64,000 nucleotides of DNA from Mytilus californianus. Its lineage: Eukaryota. How positions within the stretch are numbered: the stretch's first letter is position 1; the number at the start of each line of letters is the position of its first letter. The position numbers and the translations under genes are program-made. The stretch spans positions 28,644,001 through 28,708,000 of the forward strand of contig NW_026262668.1 of assembly GCF_021869535.1 (NCBI RefSeq). The letters are read 5' to 3'. This document shows, piece by piece, positions 21,856 to 33,328 of this stretch. The notes below the pieces were generated by a model. That model worked only from the letters and a program-made list of their open reading frames with translations. It was not told the DNA's origin and ran no database searches.

Positions 21856-24513
21856 ATTTTTTAGACATACCAGTTTTATAACTAAGTATTTGTAATACAA
21901 CAACTACCTCTTCTTATATTTCATGGAAAAATATCTAGGAAAAATACTAGACTGCAAAGTTGGATAGAAACCATACACAGTGAGGACTTTATTAACTTTT
22001 GTATCTCAGCTTGTGTTATTATAATGCACATAGGTGCGTGTGGATTAAATCATATACTAAAATTTTTGTACTTGCATATTACTTAATACTAGCCTCACCT
22101 GAATATATAGAAAAAGAAGATGTTGTATGATTACCAATGAGACAACTCTCCATAATAGACCAAATCACACAGAAATTAACAACTATAGGTCACCGTACGG
22201 CTTTAGCATAGTATAATAGTATGAATACATTGAAAATTGAAATTGAACAAATGAAACGATATCAGGTTCATGTTTATGAAACATCAACATAGGGCGAATA
22301 TATCAAGGGTAATAAAACGCAGTAGTAGGGAATAGGTTATATCACCATGACCAAAGGAGAAAAGTAGAACAATAGTTAGCTGAACACTAGATAGAAAACA
22401 AGAGATGAAGAAACATGGAGGTTAAATCAACCGCCCGTGAAGGAACTTCTAGTAATGACAGCAATCGTATAACTCGTCTTAAAATTCGAAAATATTCCAT
22501 GTGCCATAACAAAGATAGATGACAGGTCTCTTGTCTAACCGTTATATATTTCCTAATTTATAAACTATCGGTAGATGCAAGTTTTGTAACCCTTTTACAT
22601 GTTTGAAATAAAAATAACCTTTTTTTGGACAAATGTTAAACAAGACCAATACATATAGAAACAACATATACATTGAAAAATAAAGTAGCCCAAATGCTAT
22701 ACAGAAAACTAAAGCAAAAGCAACAAAACCCCTTTAAGTGGGATCAGGCTTCCCCTAATAAGTTTTGGCTCCACCAGTTGTGAAGATCGGTATCTATGAT
22801 GCGTTTGCTTGCTCATTTCAAGAAAAATCCGTCTAAAAGTCTCATTCGGTGATGTTACAATCAAAGAAAAGAGGCCTGGATGGCTTTTGAAAAATATCAG
22901 TGTTCAGCTGTGACATATCAAACAGAAATCCTGAAATATCGTAACAACTGATAATTATTACTCCATATGCTGGGTTTCTTGAATGTGAGTACCCAACAAG
23001 TAAACTTCGAGATGGAAAATCAAAGTCATCTCTTTTATATCAACCGACCTTTATTTTCGACTTTTAGATTCAAGTCAATGTATGAAGCTGACTGAAGATT
23101 TCTGATTTCTTTATTTTAAGTTCATTTAAATAGATGCGATTAACCTTAATATACAAAGTAAATTAAAATTACATTTTATAGATTTGGTGCGTCCGAAGCG
23201 CATTTCTAAATATACCTTCATCAAGAACGTAAAAGCTTACATAATTAAAAGCAAAGGCTATATTGCAAAACAAAAGATAGCAACATTAAGATCAACATTG
23301 AGGGAGTCCTAACCAAAGATTTTTAATAATTTCTCAATTTTCAAATTTCTGATTTTGAGAAAGGTATGTTAAAAAATCATTTCAGAACCGAAGCACAGAC
23401 TAATAAGCTGACGATGTCATTTGTGACTTGGAGGACTAAAGAGCTGAATCAGCAGCGGTATCGACCCGGTAATAGAAAATGAAAATAAACACCACTGTCC
23501 AAAGTGTAGGGCGCCCACTAACATGTTTAACCCCGCCACATTCTCTATGTGCCTGGCCCATGTCAGGAACCTGTAATTCAGTGGTTGTCATTTGTTGCTG
23601 TGTTACATATTTGTTTTTCGTCATTATTTTGTACATAAGTTAGGCTGTCAGTTTTCTTGTATGATTTTTTTTACATTTGTCATTTCGGGGCCTTGTATAG
23701 CTGACTATGCGGTATGGGCTTTGCTCATTGTTGAAGACCGTACAGTGACCTATAGTTGTTAATTTCTGTGTCATTTGGTCTTATCATTGGCAATCATACC
23801 ACATCTTCTTTTGATGCGTCCGATGCTTTCTTCTTGATAAACTGTGAACAAAAAAAACCCGCTCCATTGCAAGAATTTGAAATTCAAGAAAGTACAAGTA
23901 CTTGAATACATTAGGAGCTTTGTGACCAAAAGTGACATATAATGATTTGAAAAAAGTTAATCAACCGTAAAGTTCATGCTCTTTACCTGTATCGTTTCAA
24001 TATGTAATTGACGTACACCTAAAATATCATCCCCATGATATTTTTGACCCCAAATTATAGCTGATTTTATATCCACTTTTTTAGCCGACCTTCATTTCAG
24101 AATAAAGAAGTACATGTCATATTTTTGAGGCAATAGGTTTGTTAAATTGGTTATGTACAATTCATCTTCAAGTTCTTAATAAAGGCTTCATAGCTATTTG
24201 AAAATCTGCGACACTTGACCTGAGAATTTGGGAGACTGGAACCATTAAAGTCTTAAAACAGTCAATTATCTTTATGGCATCAACAATTTTATTTATTGTG
24301 ACTTCAACATTTTACTGGAACCTTTGTAATCTCTAGTAATGGCGGACAAATATCAATAAGGTATATTCAAACTGAGATGAAACACACATTCTATAGTTGT
24401 GTACAAAACATATAAAACATAATAAATGAAGCACAGACATTTATGGTGGAATGAAAATACAATTTTATCAGCATAACATTTTTTTCACTGAAAACATATT
24501 TGTTTCTTAACAG

Positions 24514-24610
24514 GTACAACAAGAGGAAGTATGTTGAAATACAAGAACAGAAAAGGAAAGCTAAAGGTCTATACAAACACATGAAAAGACTGAAGAAAAA
24601 TAAAAGATGA
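24514..24610 (+). other. Duplicated DNTTIP2 terminal exon with intact acceptor, frame and stop (alternative last exon or pseudo-exon)
   Basis: TTTCTTAACAG|G TAC AAC... encodes YNKRKYVEIQEQKRKAKGLYKHMKRLKKNKR* versus ...KAQGPYK... at 9538-9634; the 3' UTR is also duplicated to ~24845. Confidence 0.9.
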
Positions 24611-25102
24611 TCATTTTATATAATAGTTAAATTTTTATATGAAACTTATTGTAATATTAAATGTACTATGGTTATATCTGTCATTGTCCCAAGTTTAACA
24701 TGAAGCACATTGATATATAAGGAGAAAATAACAAACAGTACAATTAAATTTATAGCTTTCAGGCTGCACCGTTATGTGATTTCATTATTTAGAATTTGTC
24801 ACATTCCTTTAAATGGAGTTTGGTTCTGGTCATGTTACAGACATTCAAAATTGTCTGTCATTTATATTTCACTCTCATATCCATTCAGTAATGTAGAACA
24901 TGGTTTGTAAAACCCGGTTTGAGAATATCTGTTCTATGCTTGAGTGACTAAAGATAGAAAAACATAGATGAAAATTATCATAGGATACCCTACTGCCTTC
25001 GACAATGAGCTAAACCTATGCTATATAGTAAGCAATAAAAGATCCCTGTATGCACAATGTAAAACAATTAAAAAGAGAAAACCAACATCTTGATTTTTAT
25101 AT

Positions 25103-25465
25103 CCCTGTCTGGTGGAGGGGTATACTGTTTTACCTCTGTCCATCTGTCCTTATGTCAATCTGTCCCTTGAATTTAGTCACATTTTTCTGAGTAACTATAA
25201 ATTATAGTTTTCTTCAAATTGATATCAGTCTTCATTGGAACATACTTTACAGTATGATGTGATTTCAGATTCATCGATCCTAAATTTCCTGTTTTCCAAA
25301 TACTTCTATATTCTAACACATAATGACCATGAAATTTTACCACCCTCATTAGAGCGTCCTGAAATGTGTTATGAGGATTCATGCGAACATTTGCTTCACT
25401 GTAAGATGCGTTTTCAGATTTATGGCTCATCAACTTCTGTTTACCGATTATTCATATAGTCTTAT
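25103..25465 (+). mobile_element. HINE fragment (5' end and core repeats); inverted core fragments at ~11050-11120 and ~12720-12890
   Basis: GGGGTATACTGTTTT + (GTCC)-like microsatellite + core CTGAAAT..TTATGAGG..CATG.GAACAT..TTT.ACTGT..GATG.GTTTTCAGATT. Confidence 0.6.
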
Positions 25466-27972
25466 TGTCGAGCCTGCAACTTCTGTTGCAGATAGCTTGG
25501 CATAGGGATAGTGATCTGGCAGCGTCAACAGCGGCGTTAACTAACTATTTAAAAGCTTTATATTTTAGAAGGTGGAAGACCTGGATGCTTCATACTTTGT
25601 ATATAGATGCCTTATGTTATGGAGTTTCCGTCTGTCATATGTCCAATGTCCTTTACCTCATTTTCATGGTTCATGACTACTTGAAAGATTTTTTTTAATG
25701 TTAATTTCTCTCTTATTATGAGTAATACGATAACTATATTTACAATATGCGTACCTTGCAAGGTCCTTCTGCCCGTCAGACAGTTTTCATCTGACCTCAA
25801 CCTCATTTCATGGATCAGTGAACAAGGTTAAGTTTTCGTGGTCAAGTCCATATCTCAGATTCTATAAGCAATAGGTCTACTATATTAGGTGTATGGAATG
25901 ATTGTAAGCTGTATATGTCCAACTGGCAGGTGTCACCTGACCTTGACCTCATTTTCATGGTTCAGTGGTTAAAGTTAAGTTTTTGTGTTTTGGTCTTTTT
26001 TTTTAATACTATATGCAATAGATCAACTATATTTGGTGTATGGAAATATTTGATGATGTACATGTCAGTCTGGCAGGTTTTATTTGACCTTGACCTCATT
26101 TTCACGGTTCATTGCTCAGTGTTAAGTTTTTATATGACCGCAAAAATATTTTGCAGTCGTATATTGGTATGAAGATGGCGTCATTGTCGTTGTCGTCGTC
26201 GTCGTCGTCCGAAGACACATTAGTTTTCCCACTCTAACTTTAGTTTAAGTGAATGGATCTCTATGAAATTTTACCATAAGGTTCAATACCACAAAAGGAA
26301 GGTTGGGATTGATTTTGGGGGTTATGGTACTAACAGTTAAGGAATGAGGGTCCAAAAAGGGGCCAAAAATAAGCATTTTTGTAACTTCCAGACATAACTT
26401 GTGTGTTAGTGTATGGATCTCTCTGACATTGTACCTCAAGGTTCCATATCACAAAGGGAATGCTAGGATTGATTTTGGAGGGTATTTGCCTCAAAATTTT
26501 AGGAATTAGAGGCCAAAAAAGGGGCAAAAAACAAGCATTTTTCTAGTTTCATGACAATAACTTGTGTGTTAGTGTATGGATCTTTCTGAAATTGTACTAC
26601 AAGGTTCCATATCACAAAGGGAAAGCTGGAATTGAGTTTGGGAGTAATTGCCCCAAACGTTTAGGAAAAAGGGGCCAAAAATAAGCATTTTTCTAGTTTT
26701 CAGACAATAACTTGTGTTCAAGTGTATGGATCTCTCTGAAATTGTACTGCAAGGTATCATACCACAAAGGGAAGGCTGGGATTGATTTTGGGGGTAATTG
26801 CCTCAAAATTTTAGGAATTTGGCTCCAAAAAGGGGCAAAAAACAAGCATTTTTCTAGTTTCATGACAATAACTTGTGTGTAAGTGTATGGATCTTTATGA
26901 AATTGTACTACAAGGTTCCATATCACAAAGGGAAAGCTGGGTTAGAGTTTGGGGTAATTGCCCTAAACGTTTAGGAATTTGGGCCAAAAAGGGGCAAAAA
27001 AAACCAAGCATTTTTCTAGTTTCCAGACAATAACTTGTGTTCAAGTGTATGGATCTCTCTGAAATTGTACTGCAAGGTACCATACCACAAAGGGAAGGCT
27101 GGGATTGAGTTTGGGGGTGATGAATCATAAGGGAGTTCAAAAAATTTGGGGGTGATTTTTTTTTTCCCCTTTTTTTTTCTTTAAAATTTTCCATTTTAAA
27201 TTGGCTATTTCTGATTTATATATAAAAGCAAATAATAATGATATGGTTTGAATAGGTAAATTAAAATTTTTTAAGTTCTTAGACCACCTTTATTCTGTGC
27301 CAGAAACCTATGCTGTGTCAAATATTTAATCACAATCCAAATTCAGAGCTGTTTCAAGCTTGAATGTTGTGTCCATACTTGCCCCAACTGTTCATGGTTC
27401 AACCTCTGCGGTCGTATCAAGCTGCGCCCAGCGGAGCATTTTATATGTTTTGGTATGTTTTTCTTAAACTATAAGCAATAGGTCAACTATATTTGGTGTA
27501 TGGAACGATTGTAATGTGTATATGTCTGTATGGCAGGTATCATTTGACCTTGACCTCATTTTCATGGTTCATTGGTCAATGTTAAGTTTTCATGGTTAAG
27601 TTTGTTTCTTAGATACTATAAGCAATATATTTCAACTATATTTAATGCATAGATTGATTGTAAGGTGTACATGTCTGTCTGGCCTGGTTCACCTGACCTT
27701 GACCTCATTTTCATGGTTCATTTATCAATGTTAAGTTTTCCAGGTTAAGTTCTTTTCTAAGAAACTATAAGCAATAGGTCAACTATATTTGGTGTATGGA
27801 ATGATTGTAAGGTGTACATGTATTTCCGGTTTGGTTTATCTGACCTTGACCTCATTTTCTTGGATCATGTTAAGTTTATGCGATCTTGTAGTAAAGCTTT
27901 ATATTTAGGACTATCAACATAAAATCAATGGCCAGTAAAGCAGGCAAGACATTTCAGCGTATGCACTCTTGT
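25466..27972 (+). mobile_element. HINE with ~120-140 bp core repeats (CTATAAGCAATAGGTCAACTATATTTGG...GACCTTGACCTCATTTTCATGG), host of a nested HINE
   Basis: 5' TGTCGAGCCTGCAAC...GTTGCAG hairpin, ~6 core repeats, 3' ...GCGTATGCACTCTTGT; empty site TAGTCTTATACATAAT on the minus strand at ~12705. Confidence 0.8.
26132..27438 (+). mobile_element. HINE of the same family as 11368-12642, nested in a core repeat of the host HINE
   Basis: Same termini, (GTC)n and core repeats; inserted in the host T-run GTTAAGTTTTT. Confidence 0.85.
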
Positions 27973-28398
27973 ACATAATACATAATGCTCAAGAGTGAAA
28001 TTTTTGTCACATGTTTCTACAAATAAAAACTTCTTGAAATTTAATATTAGGCTTCATGTCATCATGATTCATCACTCATCAACTTCCTGTTTTCTGACTT
28101 CTTATATATTCTAACACATAATGGTCATATATGAAATGTTCGTCACATTTGTCTAGAGGGTAGCAGATTACTGTTTTTAGTTGGTCACTACAATATTGGT
28201 TTTTGGGAAAAAAAGACCGCAGGCAAAAATCCCATAGAGAAAAGCTCCTAGACAAGCTAGACAAAAGCTCTCCGTTTGAAAGCTGGTCTTTTTATTTAGT
28301 AACATAGTCCTATAGCACTAATAAACTGCAAAAGTTTACAGGGTGTTTTTATTGTTAAATATGGTTTTATTAAAATAATGCTCAAATTTTACTCTTAA

Positions 28399-28847
28399 GG
28401 TTGCACTTTGTAAATACAGCTGTTTCTCAAACCACGCCTCTTTTGTGGAGATATATAATATATATAGATATTTTGGTTTTGTTTACTTACTTGTTCCCAG
28501 ATATGATCTCTATTTTTCATCTCATAGAGACATAACTTGGAATGTTACCAGTATAAATACACAAGGATAGCGGCTAAATTAAATTCTGAGGAAGACCCAA
28601 AGTGAAGGGAAGGGGTAGTACAGAATTTTAGTATAAGTTTAAACTCTTGGAAGTTTGGGGAATATAAATGTTGAAAATATGCCGCACAGCCCTATGTTTT
28701 GACCTTTGAAAAAAATAGTAGTGCATATGAACTTTCCATTCTAGGATATAATTTTTTACGAAATGTCATAGTAAAAGTGGCACAGTTTTAGCTGTACAAG
28801 GAGTTCCTTTGGGAAATTGCATTGTCTATATTTACAGAAGTGCAACC
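28399..28847. mobile_element. Kolobok-like non-autonomous element, specific to copy B
   Basis: TTAA|GGTTGCACTT ... AAGTGCAACC|TTTA; empty site CTCTCAAGTTACATTCAG at ~12971-12988. Confidence 0.75.
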
Positions 28848-29047
28848 TTTAGTTATATTCAGTTTTTCAGTTCAGTAGGTTACAAGCAATTGAAATATTT
28901 ATTTAAAGAAATGAAAGGTATACAGGCTTCTGACATAGAACAAGCACATACAGAATATAGCAGGTTTAAACATGGTCAGTTCACTGTTCAACTGAAAGTT
29001 CTAAAAATCAGTTATCTAGTTGTTATTTTTCCCCTAGATATGAACCC

Positions 29048-29640
29048 TTGATAAGAAGAAGCAGGGAGTATATAGTTTTTGACCAGTCTGTCAGTCAGTC
29101 ATTCAGTCATTTTCGTTTCTGCATGCCAACTCAGATGCTTTATGTAAGATAGGAATCTTATATGAATGTTTTGTCACATATAATGAAAGTAAGTTCTCTA
29201 TAAATTTTGGTCAATATGTCAAAGGTCAAGGTAATAGTTACTAAAAATAGACTGAATTTTTTGAAAAATTGGTTTCTGGATGCTTAATCAAATAATGGAA
29301 TTGCAGCCTAACTTTGATATGTTGTCACATATAATGAAAGGAAAATCCCTTTGGATTTTATGATACAATGTATACTATGGTGAAGTCAAAGATGCTAAAA
29401 AACCCTAAAAAAAGTGGATTTAAGATGTATTATATGGGATTGCATCCTTACTAAGATGTAGACACATATACTTAGAAGAATGAAGAGAAAGCTCCCTTCG
29501 GATTTTCAATTACCTTAGTCTAAGGTCAAGGTCATACAAAAAAAAGATTTGTATGAGACAATATTGATGTCTAAAATCATGATTTATATTAGGGTGAGGG
29601 CTACATGTATGTGAACTGCCTGAAATACTGGTAATTCTTT
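29048..29640 (+). mobile_element. Degenerate HINE-like element with (TCAG)n microsatellite
   Basis: GGGAGTATATAG + (GTCA)n + AAGGTCAAGGTCA core motifs; 3' boundary uncertain. Confidence 0.5.
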
Positions 29641-29727
29641 GAATTTCTTTAGACTTATTTTTTCTTTGTTGACTGCATAGTAAATAAGAAAAAAGATATG
29701 AATTAATGAAGTTCTTTATTTGTTTTT

Positions 29728-30752
29728 AGCTCACCGGGCCAGAAGGGCCCCATGTGAGCTTATGCAATCACTTGGCGTCCGTCGTATGTTTCGTCGTCGT
29801 TGTCGTAAACTAATTCAAGAATCTTCTCCTCTGAAACTACTAGACCAAATACCTTCAAACTTTAACTGAATGTTTCTTAGGGTATTAGTTTATAAATTGT
29901 AACCGAAGTTTTGATCCATCAACAAACATGGCCACCATGGCTGAAAATAGAACATAGGGGACAAAAGCAGTTTTTGGCTTATATCTCAAAAACTACAGCA
30001 GCTAGCGCAAAAGTGAAAGGGAGTTAAAGAGATAAATGGGTCATGATCTATATGTTATGAAATTTTCAGACAAGTTCGACAACCCATTGTTGGGTTATTG
30101 TTGGACATTTTAATTAAATTTTACTGTTTTTTGTTATTTTCTTTAATATTATAATAGATAGAGAGAAAGTATAAATGGCAATAAATGTCAGCTAAGTAAG
30201 ATCTACAAATAAGTCAACATGATCAAAATAGTCAATTGACCCCTTAAGGAGTTATTGCCCTTTTACATTTTTTGTGAAAGTCTAATTACTTCGTTTTTCA
30301 AAAATCTTCTCTTTAACTACTTTGCCAAATACTGAAAAAAACTTTAATTGAATGTTCCTAGTTATAGATTGTATTCGGGAATTGATCCATTCAAAAACAT
30401 GGCGGCAGCTTCTAAAATAGAACATAAGGGTCAAATGAAGTTATTGGCTTTCATCTCAAAAACTAAAGCAGTAAAAGCAAAACTGACATGGGTGAAAGTG
30501 TTAAAGAGGTTTAGATCTACCTATCAAGTAATATTCAGACCAACAGGACAACTTGTTGTTGGGTTACTGTCCAGAAATAGTTAATTTTTCGGAAATTTTA
30601 CAGTTTTGGGTTATGTATTATCTTTAATATTATTATAGAAAGAGAGAAATTGTAAATGGCAAAATTGTTCAGCAAAGTAAGATCTTCAAATAAGTTTATG
30701 CCTGAAACTGAAATTTCAGGTGAGCGATATCAGGCTCTCATGAGCCTCTTGT
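29728..30752 (+). mobile_element. HINE-type element (AGCTCACC...GGTGAGC subterminal inverted repeat)
   Basis: TTTTT|AGCTCACCGGGCC...GCCC..GTGAGC 5' hairpin, (CGT)n, internal duplicated core, 3' AGGTGAGCG...GGCTCTCATGAGCC hairpin. Confidence 0.8.
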
Positions 30753-31098
30753 CTTGTTTATCGTCATGTTAATATACATATTTGATTTACCATCCTTAAA
30801 CAACTTTTTTTCAAAACGTTTGCTCTCCTTTTAGTAATTCTGATTTTGACCTTAGATGAAATGACCTGAAGCAATTGAGAAAGTCCTATAATTAAATGTA
30901 AGATAACCGTCTCTTATATAGTATTGTATTTGGCATTTGGAAAACCCTTTATGCACAAAGAAAAATATCAAGTGTGTTGGAATGTTGATAACATGAGACT
31001 TCCAAAGGCCATATCACTACATGATCCTACATAACGCAGATGTTCGCAACATTTTACTGCATAATAGGATTTTCCATGCTTTATCTTTTATCTTTTTT

Positions 31099-32391
31099 AG
31101 CTCACTTGGCCCTAAGCCAAGTGAGCTTTTCTCATCACTTGGCGTCCGTCGTAGTTGTCCGTTAACTTTTACAATAATTTTCTGCTCTGAAACTACTGGG
31201 CCAAATTTAACCAAACTTGGCAACAATCATCATTAGGGTATCTAGTTTAAAAAATGTGTCCGATGACCCGGCTTTGTGCCAAGATGGTCGCCATGGCTAA
31301 AACTAGAACATAGGGGTAAAATGTAGATTTTGGCTTATTTCTCTGAAACTAAAGCATTTCGAGCAAATCTGACTTGGTAAAATTGTTTATCAGGTCAAGA
31401 TCTATCTGCCTTGAAATTTTCAGACAAATCAGACAACCCGTTGTTGGGTTGCTGCCCTTGAATTGGTAATTTTAAGAAAATTTTGCAGTTTTTGGTTATT
31501 ATCTTCAATATTATTATAGATAGCGATAAACTGTAAACAGCAAAAATGTACAGCAAAGTAAGATCTACAAATAAGTCAACATGGTCAATTGACCCCTTAA
31601 GGAGTTATTGCCCTTTATAGTCAATTTTTAACATTTTTTTGTAAATTTAATTAAATTTTTTATAAAAATCTTCTTCTCTAAAACTACTGATACAAATTTA
31701 ACCAAACTTGGCCATAATCATCATTAGAGTATCTATTTAACAAAAATATGTCCGATGACCCCGCCTACCAACCAACATGGCCGACATGGCTAGAAATAGA
31801 ACATAGGTGTAAAATGCAAGTTTTGTCTATTATTTTTTGAACCGTTATGAATAGAGAAAATCTGCAAGGAGCAAAAATGATCAGAAAAATGAGCTCTACT
31901 AATTGTCCATATACGTCAAAACTGTTAGACAAATTCTTATAGGAGTTATTGCCCATAAATGACAAATTTTACCATTTCTTTTTCATTTCTGCCTATTATG
32001 AAAACTATGATATTTAGAGAGAAACATTTTTTTCCGTTATGCCTTATATGATTTAAATTATAATAGATAAATAAACACTTTAAATCACAAAAATGATCAG
32101 CAAGGCAAGATCTATTAAAAAGTCAAATTTTGCCGATATAGTTAGTAGACTGTCACTCTTCATAGGAGTGATTGCCCTTAAATGAGGATTTTTTTTAACC
32201 TCTTTTGTGTTTTCAGCAAAAACTAAAGGAGATAGAGAGAAACTAAACAAACTAAAAGATCAGTAATACAAGATCAACAAAATAGAGATTTTTGTCATGA
32301 AGTCTATTCTCGTCTACAATGTTGGAGAGTGTCCTTTGTTTGATATGAACATAGACCAAGGTGAGCGACACAGGTTCTTTAGATCTTCTGG
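31099..32391 (+). mobile_element. HINE-type element related to 29728-30752
   Basis: TTTTTT|AGCTCACTTGGC..GCCAAGTGAGCT, CGTCCGTCGT, repeated cores, 3' CAAGGTGAGCGACACAGG. Confidence 0.8.
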
Positions 32392-33071
32392 TTTTTATTA
32401 TTATCATCATTTAATGCTGAGGTTGCTAATAGCCATAATACTACCAAGCAAATTCGTAGATTGTGATCTTCATGCTGGGGATGAGACCCATATGCATATC
32501 CTTCGATGCAAACTTTTATAAAGAATGTTTAATTCAACATATTGTATTGATAATATTAATCAATTTACTGCACATGATGCGTATTTCGACAAATCTTGTC
32601 TCTGAAGTAATGCTAGAGGCAAACATTTTTGAAAATCCGAAACTTAATGCAAAAGTTGAAGAGCTATTTAAACAAAACAAAAAATACGAAGAGTAATGCC
32701 AAACCAGCAGCAATTCAAAGCGATGAATACCATTCTGATAATATAGATATGTGTAAAGGGCATGAAGTATATAAATAAAGGCAACAGTAGTATACCGCTG
32801 TTCAATAGTCATAAATCGATTAAGCGAAAACAAATTCAGGTCACAAACCAAAACCGAGGGAAACACATCAACTATAAGAGGAAAACAACGGAATAACAGA
32901 AACATTGAACTTCTACAAAAACAATTTAAACGCCAACAAACATAGAAACGGACTCTTCAATATTTAAATTCCATTAGGTTTAACCAACGTTTATTTGTTT
33001 TTGAAAAAAATAAAACATATCCTGATATATATTGCTTTATATGAACTGTTGTGCGTTCTCATAATCATACA

Positions 33072-33328
33072 GGGGCCTCGGTCGCCGAGTGGTCTAAGTA
33101 GTTACTACTGTAATCACTAGCCAGTCAACACTGAGGTTGTGAGTTCGAACCCCGCTCGTGCGGATGCACTCGACTCCAATCTTAATTGACTAGGATTGTC
33201 AGTTGTCCTATCGAATGTCGGTGGTTTTCTCCGGGCACTCCGTCTTCCTCCACCAATAAAAACTGGCCGCCACGAAATAGCACAAAAGCGGTGCTTAAAA
33301 GTGGCGTTAAAACACCAAAAATCAAAAA
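33072..33328 (+). mobile_element. Full-length tRNA-derived SINE with V/Meta-type central domain and 13-bp TSD
   Basis: Box A (GCCGAGTGG) and box B (GAGTTCGAACC), GGTTTTCTCCGGGCACTCCG..TTCCTCCACCAATAAAA domain, ATCAAAA tail; TSD TCATAATCATACA at 33059-33071 and 33329-33341. Confidence 0.9.

Larger units (their letters stand above)
9355..24036 (+). repeat. Segmental tandem duplication, copy A (partner 24355-43126)
   Basis: Colinear similarity from the last DNTTIP2 intron/exon to the shared end ...CCTAAAATATCATCCCCAT (24036 / 43126), interrupted by copy-specific TE insertions and indels. Confidence 0.92.
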
